Assembly (NCBI GenBank): GCA_964421015.1
Contig: CAYQUS010000001.1
Span: 172,726 to 236,725 of the forward strand
Source of the DNA: an uncultured Planctomycetia bacterium
Lineage (GTDB): Bacteria; Omnitrophota; Gorgyraeia; Tantalellales; Tantalellaceae
Direction of reading: 5' to 3'
Length of the DNA stretch: 64,000 nt
A model generated the notes under the pieces. It worked only from the letters and a program-made list of their open reading frames with translations, ran no database searches and was not told the origin of the DNA. Positions 1 to 9,823 of the stretch are shown piece after piece; the first letter of the stretch is position 1, and each line of letters opens with the position of its first letter. Position numbers and translations under genes: made by a program.

Positions 1-18
1 GTTCCGACACTATGAACA

Positions 19-834
19 TTACTTTCGTCCTCCTGACATTTCAGCAGAACGGTTCCTGGCCGCCAGGACAGCCTCCTTCACGATCTCTTTAAAGCCCTTA
101 TCGGAAAAAACGGAAAGAGCCGCCTCTGTGGTACCGCCCTTGGAAGCCACCATCTTTACAAGATCTGCCGCTTCATGGTCAGACTTCCTTAAAAGTTCCG
201 AAGCCCCTGACAATGTGCCCAGAACCAGTTCTTTCGCCGATTCACGGCTTAACCCTCCGACTATCGCCGCCTCCATCATGGCCTCGGCCAGAGAAAAAAG
301 ATACGCCGGACCGCTGCCCGAAACAGCCGTGACCATGTCCATCATGGTCTCCTTAACATCAACGACATCCCCTATACATCTGAATATTTCCCTGACCCTG
401 TCTCCCGCCTGTACCTTTTCGGCTTGTTCGTTGAACGATAAAGCAGTTACCGACCGTCCTATACCGGCGCAAAGATTGGGCATCGCCCTGACAACCGGGA
501 TGTTTTTTCCGAATCCCGATACGATATCATTTATTCTGACACCTGCCATTACCGAAACTACTGTCTGGTCCACAAGATCGGCAGATATGGATCCCGACAA
601 TCCTGAAAAATCCAACGGTTTAACGGCTATAACTATCACATCGGACCCTCTTACTATCTGTGTCAACTCGCCGTTGCGGCATCCAACCCTGGAACAGAGC
701 TCCTCCGCTTTGGCGGCGTCTTTGTCATAAACATAAACATCTGCCTTCCTGAAATTGCCACGGGAAACTATACCGCTTGCGATAGCTCCGCCCATGTTCC
801 CGCACCCGATTATCCCTATAGACCCTTTTGGCAT
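19..834 (-). CDS. proC: pyrroline-5-carboxylate reductase
   Basis: N-terminal Rossmann motif IGIIGCGNMGGAI and overall P5CR-like sequence; 271 aa. Confidence 0.85.
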   Translation of the reverse strand: MPKGSIGIIGCGNMGGAIASGIVSRGNFRKADVYVYDKDAAKAEELCSRVGCRNGELTQIVRGSDVIVIAVKPLDFSGLSGSISADLVDQTVVSVMAGVRINDIVSGFGKNIPVVRAMPNLCAGIGRSVTALSFNEQAEKVQAGDRVREIFRCIGDVVDVKETMMDMVTAVSGSGPAYLFSLAEAMMEAAIVGGLSRESAKELVLGTLSGASELLRKSDHEAADLVKMVASKGGTTEAALSVFSDKGFKEIVKEAVLAARNRSAEMSGGRK

Positions 835-873
835 AACTTTCCCCTTATACTCTTCATTGCCGGCGGTAAAAGT

Positions 874-1929
874 TCAAAAATACTCGTCCATGACTCCGGC
901 TATTTCGTTTACCATCCTCTTAAGCGGGTTTTTCTCGGTCTGTCTTTTGGGACGAGAAACTTCCATCTGGTCGAGTATACCCAGAACAGTCGCGTACTGC
1001 GCTCCGTCCTCGGGCAGCTCCTCCGAAGGATGAGGCAAAGGCAACCCTGCCCTTATAGGAAGCCCCAGGAACTTCTCGGAAGAATGCAGAAAATCATCCG
1101 GGAGAGACTTTGTTCCCGAAACTACGATCTTCCTCATATCGCTCCATCCTCTCATCGACAGGACATTCCTGAAAAACCATCCGTACCCGTCGTACTCCGT
1201 TTCTCCGGCGCCCATATCGGGGCCATCGGCCACAGACCTGTCGAAAACCGAGCAGTTCGCCAGATTCCCGGCATTAAAAAGAAGTACCTCAGTCCTTTTC
1301 CCCCTTACGAAAAAAAAGGCCGTCCTGTCCAGTTTATCGTCTTCCGTGAGTATTCTGGAAGCGCATCCCATGGGGCTAAAAACAAAACCGGCCGGTATAT
1401 ACCCCGCCTGGGCAATGGTCTTTGAAAAGTTCCTCACGACGGTAGCTCCGATAGTCACTATGTTGACCTCAACGCCAAGTTTTACCGCCTCAAGTCCTTC
1501 CGGATCACGGATAAACCTTTCTCCATCGACCGAAAACCCCATGACCACCTTGTGCAGCACTTCCCTGTCGAGCGGTATCCTGGACATGGATCCTATCTCG
1601 ACGCATTTACGCACATCCCTGGATGAAACTTCACGACCGTACCTCGATATAAGAGTGGAAGCGGAAGATGTTAAAACCTCGACAGAAGGAGAGCTTATCC
1701 CGGCGTAGACCTCGCTGAAGGACATATCGGCTTTTTTAGAAAGGCCTTCCAGAAGAGACCTTAAATGTTCAGCGGCGGGATAAACTTCCGTTACCGAACC
1801 GTCCGACAAACCCGAAGACCGAGCCCGGTGAAAAGCCTCGACCACTGCCCGGCCACTTTTTTCCAAACGTACCGCCAAAGCGAAAGTATCTTCGCTGCCG
1901 GCGTCAATAACCGCGAATTTTTTTTCCAT
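874..1929 (-). CDS. ftsA: FtsA-like actin-family cell-division protein with degenerate nucleotide-binding motifs
   Basis: Aligns along its length to E. coli FtsA (VIDAGS phosphate-1, SVLTEDE-like RILTEDDK, C-terminal amphipathic tail); sits directly after ftsQ in the dcw cluster. The DIGGGTxD motif is VRGKRTE and GGGA is SGTK. Confidence 0.7.
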   Translation of the reverse strand: MEKKFAVIDAGSEDTFALAVRLEKSGRAVVEAFHRARSSGLSDGSVTEVYPAAEHLRSLLEGLSKKADMSFSEVYAGISSPSVEVLTSSASTLISRYGREVSSRDVRKCVEIGSMSRIPLDREVLHKVVMGFSVDGERFIRDPEGLEAVKLGVEVNIVTIGATVVRNFSKTIAQAGYIPAGFVFSPMGCASRILTEDDKLDRTAFFFVRGKRTEVLLFNAGNLANCSVFDRSVADGPDMGAGETEYDGYGWFFRNVLSMRGWSDMRKIVVSGTKSLPDDFLHSSEKFLGLPIRAGLPLPHPSEELPEDGAQYATVLGILDQMEVSRPKRQTEKNPLKRMVNEIAGVMDEYF

Positions 1930-1986
1930 TTTTTCTTTTTCTTTCCGCCGAGTTCCCAGGACGGCGAGTTTTATCGGGGAAAAATC

Positions 1987-2823
1987 CTATTTTCTTTTGT
2001 ACGCGTAAACCGGATCTTTAAACCTGAGGTCTATGTACCTCACTCCGCCGAGATCTATCTTAGGGTCCGAAAGTATGTCCCGCAAGGTTACCGTTTTCCT
2101 CTCAAAATCGTCATTACCGAAATTAACGGGAACTCCCTTTGCCGTCACCCAGATATTGTTCTGGTCCGAAACATCCAGGGACTCGAGATCTCCCCTAAGT
2201 ATCTTTCCGCTGTTGAGAAGAGTGTCGATAAGCCCCAGGGCGGTAACCACGTTCTTATCACCGATCACTATGCCGGGTTGCGGCCTGGAGAGAAAAAAGT
2301 TCACTCCCTTGACGCGAACAAGCCCCGGGGGGATTTCACCGGACGAAAGCACCATGCCCCCTCTGTCAAGAACTATGCCGCCGGCGCTTTCGATACAGGC
2401 GAAACTTTCCCTCGGCACCAGGTCCACCTCGACGGTATCCGGGAATATCCTGCGAACTCTTATCATTTTCAGGTTAGGATAGTCCTTACGGAGGAGCAGC
2501 TCGACTTGCGAAGGTACGACCGAAAAAATATTTCGCCCCAAATACCTTTTGTCCAGAGCTTGTTCCCCCCCCTGAAATGAGGCGGGAGAAGATTTATTAA
2601 CGGCTATGTATTTAACGTCAAATGTCGGACTGTTCAGAAAATAGTGTCTAAGCGAAAAAACCGCAAAAACCGCCAGCGACAGAACTATCACCGAGGCCGT
2701 CACTTTAGGCAATACATCCCCCGTGCTGAAACCCGATCCCGAAGATTTTCGGGGTTTCTTTTTTACCGGCTTGTTTTTCCTGGACAACTTATACCCCCAT
2801 ATTTTTACAGTTCCGCTGCTCAT
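1987..2823 (-). CDS. ftsQ: cell-division protein FtsQ/DivIB (POTRA domain)
   Basis: Basic N-terminus, single TM segment, POTRA-like region; lies between ddl and ftsA. Confidence 0.7.
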   Translation of the reverse strand: MSSGTVKIWGYKLSRKNKPVKKKPRKSSGSGFSTGDVLPKVTASVIVLSLAVFAVFSLRHYFLNSPTFDVKYIAVNKSSPASFQGGEQALDKRYLGRNIFSVVPSQVELLLRKDYPNLKMIRVRRIFPDTVEVDLVPRESFACIESAGGIVLDRGGMVLSSGEIPPGLVRVKGVNFFLSRPQPGIVIGDKNVVTALGLIDTLLNSGKILRGDLESLDVSDQNNIWVTAKGVPVNFGNDDFERKTVTLRDILSDPKIDLGGVRYIDLRFKDPVYAYKRK

Positions 2824-2832
2824 AGTCTCCGC

Positions 2833-3774
2833 CTATCGCTTTACCCTGCCGTTAGAAGCGCTTTCCAACATCTTAACACATAATAGCTCAAAATCAAATC
2901 CCGCCGCCTTAGCGGCCATGGGAAGAAGGCTCTTTTCCGTAAGCCCGGGAATAGTATTTACCTCAAGAACATAAAGCCGGCCGTCGGACGTCATCCTTAT
3001 GTCCGTACGAGAAAACCCTCTGCATCCCAGAGCCTTATGAGCGGCTATGCCCGCTTCCTGCGCGCGTTCAAAGTTGTCCTTGCCTATCTCTGCCGGGACT
3101 TTATAAACGGTGCTTTGCGACCGATATTTGGAATCGTAGTCGTAAACCCCTCCTGAAACGGTTATCTCAACCACGGGAAGAGCTTTCTCCTCGAGGACCC
3201 CCACGGTGAGTTCCCTGCCCGGGATGTATTCCTCCACCAGGACCTCTCCCCCGAACTTGAGCCCTTTTTCGACGGCCTGAGCGAGTTCTTCCCGGTGTCT
3301 TACAACCGTAAGCCCTATGCTGGAGCCCTCGTAACGCGGTTTCACCACGCAAGGGACTTTCGCGTCTCTTAGCGCATTATCCGTGTCTTGACCGTATGAT
3401 ACGCTTCGGGACTCCGGGACAAGAAGCCCCGCTTTACGGAACATCTCTTTGGAAGCAAGCTTGTCGAGGGCCGTACGTGAAGCTTCCGGTCCAGAGCCCG
3501 TGTAAGGTATACCGGCACCCGACAAAAGCTCCTGCACCGCCCCATCCTCTCCGAATTTACCGTGAAGAGCTATAAAAGCCACATCGACATTTTCTTTTCT
3601 TATGACATCCAGAAGATCTCGCTCTGCCGCGTCAATAAGTACCGAGTCTATGCCTGCCGCCTCGAAAGCCCGTTTTACAGCCTGCCCGCTTTTAAGGCTT
3701 ATTTCTCTTTCCGACGAAGGCCCCCCGGCCAGTATGCCAACCTTTCCGCCTGTAAATAGCGATCGGCCGCTCAT
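2833..3774 (-). CDS. ddl: D-alanine--D-alanine ligase
   Basis: ATP-grasp Ddl motifs (GGPSSEREISLKSG, HGKFGEDG). Confidence 0.9.
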   Translation of the reverse strand: MSGRSLFTGGKVGILAGGPSSEREISLKSGQAVKRAFEAAGIDSVLIDAAERDLLDVIRKENVDVAFIALHGKFGEDGAVQELLSGAGIPYTGSGPEASRTALDKLASKEMFRKAGLLVPESRSVSYGQDTDNALRDAKVPCVVKPRYEGSSIGLTVVRHREELAQAVEKGLKFGGEVLVEEYIPGRELTVGVLEEKALPVVEITVSGGVYDYDSKYRSQSTVYKVPAEIGKDNFERAQEAGIAAHKALGCRGFSRTDIRMTSDGRLYVLEVNTIPGLTEKSLLPMAAKAAGFDFELLCVKMLESASNGRVKR

Positions 3775-3810
3775 GTCTTTTCCTCACTTTCATGCCGTTG
3801 TATTTGTTTT

Positions 3811-4728
3811 TCAACTTTCAACTATCTCTATCTCTTCCTCAAGCTCGATACCGAATTTATCCATGACCCGCGTTTTTATGTCGCTTATAAGTCCCCTGAC
3901 ATCGAAACTGGTAGCCCGATTGTCGTTGATTATAAAGTTAGCGTGTTTTTCCGAAACCACCGCGCCTCCCCTTCTCTTACCGCGCATACCGGCGCCGTCG
4001 ACAAGTCTCCACGCTGTTTGACCACCTTTCCCGGGGTTCTTAAAAACACATCCAAGCGTCCTTTTGTCACAGGGCTGTTTTTCCCATTTATCAAGGAACA
4101 CTTTTTTTATCCTGCCCCTGACCTCCTCCTTGGAAGAAACAGAGAGAGAGAACACCGCTTTAAGTATTACCCCCCCTCCCGGCCAGGAAAAAGAACGATA
4201 GCCGAAACGCAGATCTTGTTTTTCGATCCATATCTTTTTCATTGAATCGTCCAGCACCTGTATTCTTGTAAGGGTATCGGTTATGGCGCCCTCCGTGGAT
4301 GAAGCGTTGTTCCTTATAGCCCCGCCGATCGTAGCGGGTATTCCCGACATGCACTCAAGCCCCAAGATCCCTCTGTCGGAACACTTCCTTAACACGCATG
4401 AGAGCCTTAAACCCGAAGAAACCGTCAGCTCCCTGCCTTTTTGTTCCCAGGAAAAATCTCCCCCCGGAAGCTTGATGACGGCTCTGTCAAAACAGTGGTC
4501 CGGGAAAAGCACATTTGAGCAGTTACCGGCTATGAAGTATTTCTCTCCCGCATCCCGCAGGCATTTCAACGATTCCTCAAGACATTCCTCTGTCGAGGGA
4601 GAGCATAAAATTCTAGCCTTTCCTCCCACTCGGATCGAGCTTAACCCCGCCAGGTCAGCGTTCTCCTCTATTTCTCCCCCGCGCTTCGCGTATATCTTCT
4701 TAAGGTCGTTTACGACTCCCTGTTTCAT
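3811..4728 (-). CDS. murB: UDP-N-acetylenolpyruvoylglucosamine reductase
   Basis: FAD-binding MurB-like sequence; position between murC and ddl. Confidence 0.85.
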   Translation of the reverse strand: MKQGVVNDLKKIYAKRGGEIEENADLAGLSSIRVGGKARILCSPSTEECLEESLKCLRDAGEKYFIAGNCSNVLFPDHCFDRAVIKLPGGDFSWEQKGRELTVSSGLRLSCVLRKCSDRGILGLECMSGIPATIGGAIRNNASSTEGAITDTLTRIQVLDDSMKKIWIEKQDLRFGYRSFSWPGGGVILKAVFSLSVSSKEEVRGRIKKVFLDKWEKQPCDKRTLGCVFKNPGKGGQTAWRLVDGAGMRGKRRGGAVVSEKHANFIINDNRATSFDVRGLISDIKTRVMDKFGIELEEEIEIVES

Positions 4729-6116
4729 TATGCCGCCGCGACTCCCATTTTTTTCCTTATGTTTTCAAGCAGAACGCCGGAGATCTCTCTTATGTCGCCC
4801 GCCCCCAATATGAGTATGGTATCATTCTCCTTTACCAGATCCGATATAGCCTCGGGAATACTGTCCTTTTTCAGAAGACGTATATCCTCAAACCTGCTCT
4901 TGTCTATCGCGCCGAAAAGCCTTTCCACACTGGCGCCCTCAAGAGGGTCTTCATCGGCCGAATATATGTCGGTTAGAAAGAACACATCCGACCCGTAAAA
5001 ACATTCCGAGAATTCTGCCTCAAGATCGAAAGTGCGGGAATACCTGTGAGGCTGAAAAACAGCCAGGACCCTTCCTTCAGAAAAATCTTTGGCCGCTTTT
5101 ATAACTGACCTGAGTTCCGTGGGGTGATGGGCATAATCCTCCACTATCCTTATTCCCCCCACTCTCCCTACCGTGTCAAAACGCCTCTTAACGCCCTTGA
5201 ACATCTCCACCGCCTCGAAAACCCTTTCCGGGGACATTCCCATTTCCACGCAAAGGGCAGAAGCTCCCAGGATATTGGCGACATTGTGAAGGCCTATAAG
5301 AGGACTTCTTACGGTACCGACGGACCTGCCTTTAAGGAACATTTCAAACTCTATCTTCTTTCTGTGTTCCTTTATCGCGCATGACGCGTCATGTTTTCCG
5401 GAAAGACCGAAACTTAATTTTTCGGACTTGGCCGATTTCACAAGATCCCTTAACGTCGCGTCGTCGCCGTTGAAGGCAAGTATACCTTTAGAAGCCACTT
5501 TCCCTATGAACGACCTGTACGCCTCGAGAAGGCGTTCCATTGTTCCGTAATGTTCCATGTGTTCCCGTTCGACATTGGTCACAATAGCGTGGGTTAGCGG
5601 TATCTCCCTGAAAAACCCGTCGCTCTCGTCGACTTCGGCCACTACCACGTCGCCCCGCCCGAGCCTGGAGTTTTTACCGAACCTTTCCATCTCCCCCCCG
5701 ACAAGCACGGTAGGTTCCATGCCGCAGTGGTCCGTTATATAGGAAATAAGCCCGCTGGTGGTGGTCTTACCGTGGGTTCCCGTAACACCTATGGAAACGG
5801 AAGCCCGTTCTATGACATACTTTAGCATCTCTCCCCGGGAAATGACCTCGATACCCGCAAATCTCGCTTCAAGCACTTCGGGGTTGTCCTCCCTTATACA
5901 AGTCGATTTAACGACCACATCGGCATCACGCGGGACATTCGATGACGCATGCCCCTCAAAGATAGAAGCCCCCTTAGAGGAAAGCATCTTTGTGAGGTTA
6001 TTGAGCCTCGTATCGGAGCCCGAAACTTCGACCCCTTGATCAATAAGGACATCGGCCAGAGCGCTCATTCCTATGCCTCCCACTCCGATGAAATGCGCTT
6101 TCATGAATTTTTTCAT
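4728..6116 (-). CDS. murC: UDP-N-acetylmuramate--L-alanine ligase
   Basis: N-terminal HFIGVGGIGMSALA and Mur ligase GTHGKTTT P-loop. Confidence 0.9.
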   Translation of the reverse strand: MKKFMKAHFIGVGGIGMSALADVLIDQGVEVSGSDTRLNNLTKMLSSKGASIFEGHASSNVPRDADVVVKSTCIREDNPEVLEARFAGIEVISRGEMLKYVIERASVSIGVTGTHGKTTTSGLISYITDHCGMEPTVLVGGEMERFGKNSRLGRGDVVVAEVDESDGFFREIPLTHAIVTNVEREHMEHYGTMERLLEAYRSFIGKVASKGILAFNGDDATLRDLVKSAKSEKLSFGLSGKHDASCAIKEHRKKIEFEMFLKGRSVGTVRSPLIGLHNVANILGASALCVEMGMSPERVFEAVEMFKGVKRRFDTVGRVGGIRIVEDYAHHPTELRSVIKAAKDFSEGRVLAVFQPHRYSRTFDLEAEFSECFYGSDVFFLTDIYSADEDPLEGASVERLFGAIDKSRFEDIRLLKKDSIPEAISDLVKENDTILILGAGDIREISGVLLENIRKKMGVAAA

Positions 6117-6169
6117 ATTTTCTCCGTAGACTTAGACCACCGCGTAACGCCTCTTCCCGGCACCGTCAG

Positions 6170-7333
6170 TTAGCGCGTCGCGCACCGTATCACCTCTTCC
6201 GCCAAAATCCTCCCGGCCTGCGGCAGCGCCAGGCTGGAAGCGGCCTCTCTCATCAGAGATCTTTTTTCCGCGTTATCCAGTATCCCCAGTATATCACGGC
6301 AAAGCCCTTCGGAAGACAGAGATTTTTCCTCTCTGTACAGAGCCGCTCCCGCCGATGAAAAAGAACGGGCGTTATCAGCCTGATTATTCTTAGGATTAGG
6401 ATATGGCACCAGTATCATGGGTTTACCGTAATAAGCGATCTCGAATATAGCCGCCGCGCCCGATCTTGACACGACCATGTCGCTGACCGAATAGGCGTCT
6501 CCTATGTTCTCCATAAACCCGAAAACCTTACCGGGGATGGCGTGCTGCTCATAGAATCGTTCCACCTTCTCCTTGTCCGGGCCCTGCCCTGTTATGTGCA
6601 CGAACTGTACCTCTCGTCCTTTTCTGTTCTTTATCTCAAGAGCCGTCTCCAGCATGATACGATTCAGGAAACCGGCGCCCTGGCTGCCTCCCATTATGAG
6701 TATGGTTTCCTTTTCCGGGGAAATACCAAGCAGCGAAGCCGAACGAACCCTGTCATTCCGCAAAATCTCCAGCCTTATCGGATTTCCGGTAAAAACGGTC
6801 TTCCCCGTGTAACGGCCGAAACATTTCCTCGAGGATTCGAAACTTAGAGCTATCCTGTCGGCAATGGGACTTAGGATCACATTTGCCCTTCCCGGAACAG
6901 CGTTCTGTTCATGGATAACGAGCGGAACAAACATGAGCTTTGCCGCGAGCGATATGGCCCCCGAGGAATACCCCCCGAACCCTACCACCACATTCGGCCT
7001 TTTAGTCGCTATTATCCAGACAGAAGCCGCCAGATCCTTGACGCAGTTAAAAACGAATACCGCGATACTCTTGAAAGAAAATTTTCTGGGCATCGGGTTG
7101 ATCGAAAGAAAAAACCTTTCGTACTTCACTTCCCCCAGCAGGTTCATATCAAGTTTTCTCCTGCTGGAAACAATGAAGACATCTTTCACTCCAGCCTTTT
7201 CAAGTTCCGAGGCCAGAGAAACACACGGAAAAATATGTCCCCCGGAGCCTCCCGCCGCGAGTATCACCCTCAATGAAGATACTTCACGGGAAGACCTCTT
7301 GCAATTCAGATTTTTATGCGTATCCCGGATCAA
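6170..7333 (-). CDS. murG: UDP-GlcNAc:undecaprenyl-PP-MurNAc-pentapeptide GlcNAc transferase
   Basis: GT28 motif ILAAGGSGGHIFP; the annotated N-terminus may be over-extended. Confidence 0.9.
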   Translation of the reverse strand: MIRDTHKNLNCKRSSREVSSLRVILAAGGSGGHIFPCVSLASELEKAGVKDVFIVSSRRKLDMNLLGEVKYERFFLSINPMPRKFSFKSIAVFVFNCVKDLAASVWIIATKRPNVVVGFGGYSSGAISLAAKLMFVPLVIHEQNAVPGRANVILSPIADRIALSFESSRKCFGRYTGKTVFTGNPIRLEILRNDRVRSASLLGISPEKETILIMGGSQGAGFLNRIMLETALEIKNRKGREVQFVHITGQGPDKEKVERFYEQHAIPGKVFGFMENIGDAYSVSDMVVSRSGAAAIFEIAYYGKPMILVPYPNPKNNQADNARSFSSAGAALYREEKSLSSEGLCRDILGILDNAEKRSLMREAASSLALPQAGRILAEEVIRCATR

Positions 7334-8424
7334 GCTTTACCCTCGCATTGCCGAGACATATTAAGGACCAATGCCACGGCGATTATATGAAATAGGAACG
7401 AACTTCCCCCGTAGCTCAGGAAAGGCAGAGGCAGACCCTTTGTAGGCAAAAGCCCGGTAGATACTCCCGCGTTAACTGACACCTCGAAAGCCATCATTAT
7501 CCCTATTCCCGTAACGGTCAGAGAGGCAAAACGGTCGCGTATGCTCCCGGCTATCCTGAATATGAAAAAAATAAGCGCAGCGAAAAGTATTATAACTGAC
7601 GCTGACCCGAGAAAACCCAGTTCCTCTCCCACTATGGAAAAAATAAAATCCGTATGCGCCTCGGGCAAGAAAAATAGTTTCTGTTCAGACTGTCCGAGGC
7701 CCACACCTGTCATTCCTCCGGATCCCAGAGCTATGAAAGACTGGACCAGCTGGAAACCCGCTCCTGAACTCTCTCGCCACGGATCCAGGAAGATCGCCAC
7801 CCTTTTCAGCCTGTAAGGTTTCATTAAAACCGCGGCCACCATAAGAGGCACCACAGGCAGCACGATACCAAAAATGTGTTTTATTTTAACACCTGAAAGA
7901 AAAAGCATCGTGAACCCAATAAAAAGTATCGCTACCGACGTTCCCATGTCGGGCTCGGCCAGGACAAGCATGGCTGAGACAAGGATCACGGCGACCGGAG
8001 GTATAAAACCCCTAAAAAGATCGTTCATCATATACCTTTTCCTCGACGCGAAATCCGCGAGATAGAGTATAACCGCTATTTTCATCCCCTCCGAAGGCTG
8101 AAATCCCAGACCAAAGATCCTCATCCATCTTCTGGCACCGCCTGCCTCAACTCCTATCCCCGGGATAAGTACAAGAAAAAGAAGCGCCAGAAATATGCCC
8201 AGTATCACTTTTGAATTCCCCGCCCAGGCGCGCGCGGGGAATTTAAGCACAAAAAAAGCCGCGGCCATGCCAAGCACGAGAAAAACCATATGACGCTTGA
8301 TAAGATACATACTGTCGGCATAGCGCTGATACGCGTACACCGCGCTGGCGGAGTATATCATTACCACCCCCAGCATTATGAGCAGCGACGTCAACAGCAG
8401 CACCATTTTGGCTTCGTTCTTCAC
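7330..8424 (-). CDS. ftsW: peptidoglycan glycosyltransferase FtsW (SEDS family)
   Basis: Polytopic membrane protein with SEDS-family features; between murD and murG. Confidence 0.85.
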   Translation of the reverse strand: MKNEAKMVLLLTSLLIMLGVVMIYSASAVYAYQRYADSMYLIKRHMVFLVLGMAAAFFVLKFPARAWAGNSKVILGIFLALLFLVLIPGIGVEAGGARRWMRIFGLGFQPSEGMKIAVILYLADFASRKRYMMNDLFRGFIPPVAVILVSAMLVLAEPDMGTSVAILFIGFTMLFLSGVKIKHIFGIVLPVVPLMVAAVLMKPYRLKRVAIFLDPWRESSGAGFQLVQSFIALGSGGMTGVGLGQSEQKLFFLPEAHTDFIFSIVGEELGFLGSASVIILFAALIFFIFRIAGSIRDRFASLTVTGIGIMMAFEVSVNAGVSTGLLPTKGLPLPFLSYGGSSFLFHIIAVALVLNMSRQCEGKA

Positions 8425-8426
8425 TT

Positions 8427-9776
8427 TTACCTTCCCGTACCCGACAATTCCCTGACGGCTTCACGGAACACGCGCCCACGATGGGCATAACTTTCGAACA
8501 TGTCAAAACTCGAACACATCGGCGAGAGCATGACGGCTTCCCCGCTTTTGGCAGCCGACACCGCCTTTTTTACGGCGTCATTCATGCTTTCGGCTTCGTA
8601 GACCGGGACAACGGAGGAGAAGGCCCGTTTTATGTTCTCCCTGGCCTCCCCTATGACGACTATAGCGCTTACTTTGTCCCTCATAAGAGCCGATACAACG
8701 CTGTAATCCCCAAGTTTATCCCTGCCTCCCGCTATTAGAACAACGCGCCTGTCAACGGATTCAAGAGCCCGCTTGGTGGCGTCAACGTTAGTGGCCTTGG
8801 AATCGTCTATGAACACCAGCCCCTTGAATTCATTGACTTTCTGGAACCTGTGCTCAAGACCTTTAAAACCCGTGACGGCCGACCTGACTACCTCCGGGCT
8901 TATACCTTCCAACTCGGCCACCTGACAACAGCACGCTATGTTTTCCATATTGTGTTTACCCTTGATGTCTGTCTCCTCGGACGTCACAAAGACCTTCTCT
9001 CCTTCAGGGGAAGATACAACTACCCTGTCGTTCTCGGCCCGGTACCTGTCTCCTTCACCCCCGTAAAAAACAACTCTGCTCTTTATTCCTCTTACAGCAG
9101 CATCCAGTTTGAAGTCGCTGTGAATAACGGCAAAATCGTTTTTTTTCTGGTTCATGAATATCCTGAATTTGCTCAGCTTGTAGCTCTCAAACCCCTTATG
9201 CCTGTCATAATGGTCGTCTGTTACATTCAAGAGCACAGCTACCCTCGGAGAAAAGTCCACTATAGTGTCCAACTGAAAGGAGCTGACCTCCAGGACCACG
9301 GAACTTTTGGGGGTGATCCGCCCTATCTCTCCCGTAAACGGATTTCCTATGTTCCCGCAAACCACGGTGTCCCTGCCGGAACGGGTGAAAATTTCACCGA
9401 TCAAACTGGTAACTGTGGTCTTTCCGTTAGTGCCTGTAATGGCCACTATGGGAGCTCCGCAGAAAAGGTAGCCCAGTTCCAGCTCTCCTATCACCGGAAC
9501 GTTAGTTTTATTGTAGCCCGGCACAGGAAGATTATCCCTGTCTACCCCGGGACTCACCACTAAAATGTCATATCCCGAACAGAAACTTTCGGTATGGCCC
9601 CCTATTTCCACGCGTATTCCTTTTTCACGGAGAGAGTCACATCTCTTCTTTACGGACTCCGAACTGGATGCCTCTGTTACGCCCACCGCCGCTCCATTCT
9701 GCGACAAAAGACAAGCGGAGGCGAAACCGCTCACTCCCAGCCCCACCACCAGCACCTTCCTGCCTTTCAGCTCCAT
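8427..9776 (-). CDS. murD: UDP-N-acetylmuramoylalanine--D-glutamate ligase
   Basis: VVGLGVSG N-terminus, Mur ligase P-loop GTNGKTT. Confidence 0.9.
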   Translation of the reverse strand: MELKGRKVLVVGLGVSGFASACLLSQNGAAVGVTEASSSESVKKRCDSLREKGIRVEIGGHTESFCSGYDILVVSPGVDRDNLPVPGYNKTNVPVIGELELGYLFCGAPIVAITGTNGKTTVTSLIGEIFTRSGRDTVVCGNIGNPFTGEIGRITPKSSVVLEVSSFQLDTIVDFSPRVAVLLNVTDDHYDRHKGFESYKLSKFRIFMNQKKNDFAVIHSDFKLDAAVRGIKSRVVFYGGEGDRYRAENDRVVVSSPEGEKVFVTSEETDIKGKHNMENIACCCQVAELEGISPEVVRSAVTGFKGLEHRFQKVNEFKGLVFIDDSKATNVDATKRALESVDRRVVLIAGGRDKLGDYSVVSALMRDKVSAIVVIGEARENIKRAFSSVVPVYEAESMNDAVKKAVSAAKSGEAVMLSPMCSSFDMFESYAHRGRVFREAVRELSGTGR

Positions 9777-9823
9777 GTTTACCTTCTTCCTCGTTAGTAT
9801 GTCGGGTTTACTGTTCGCGAAAG

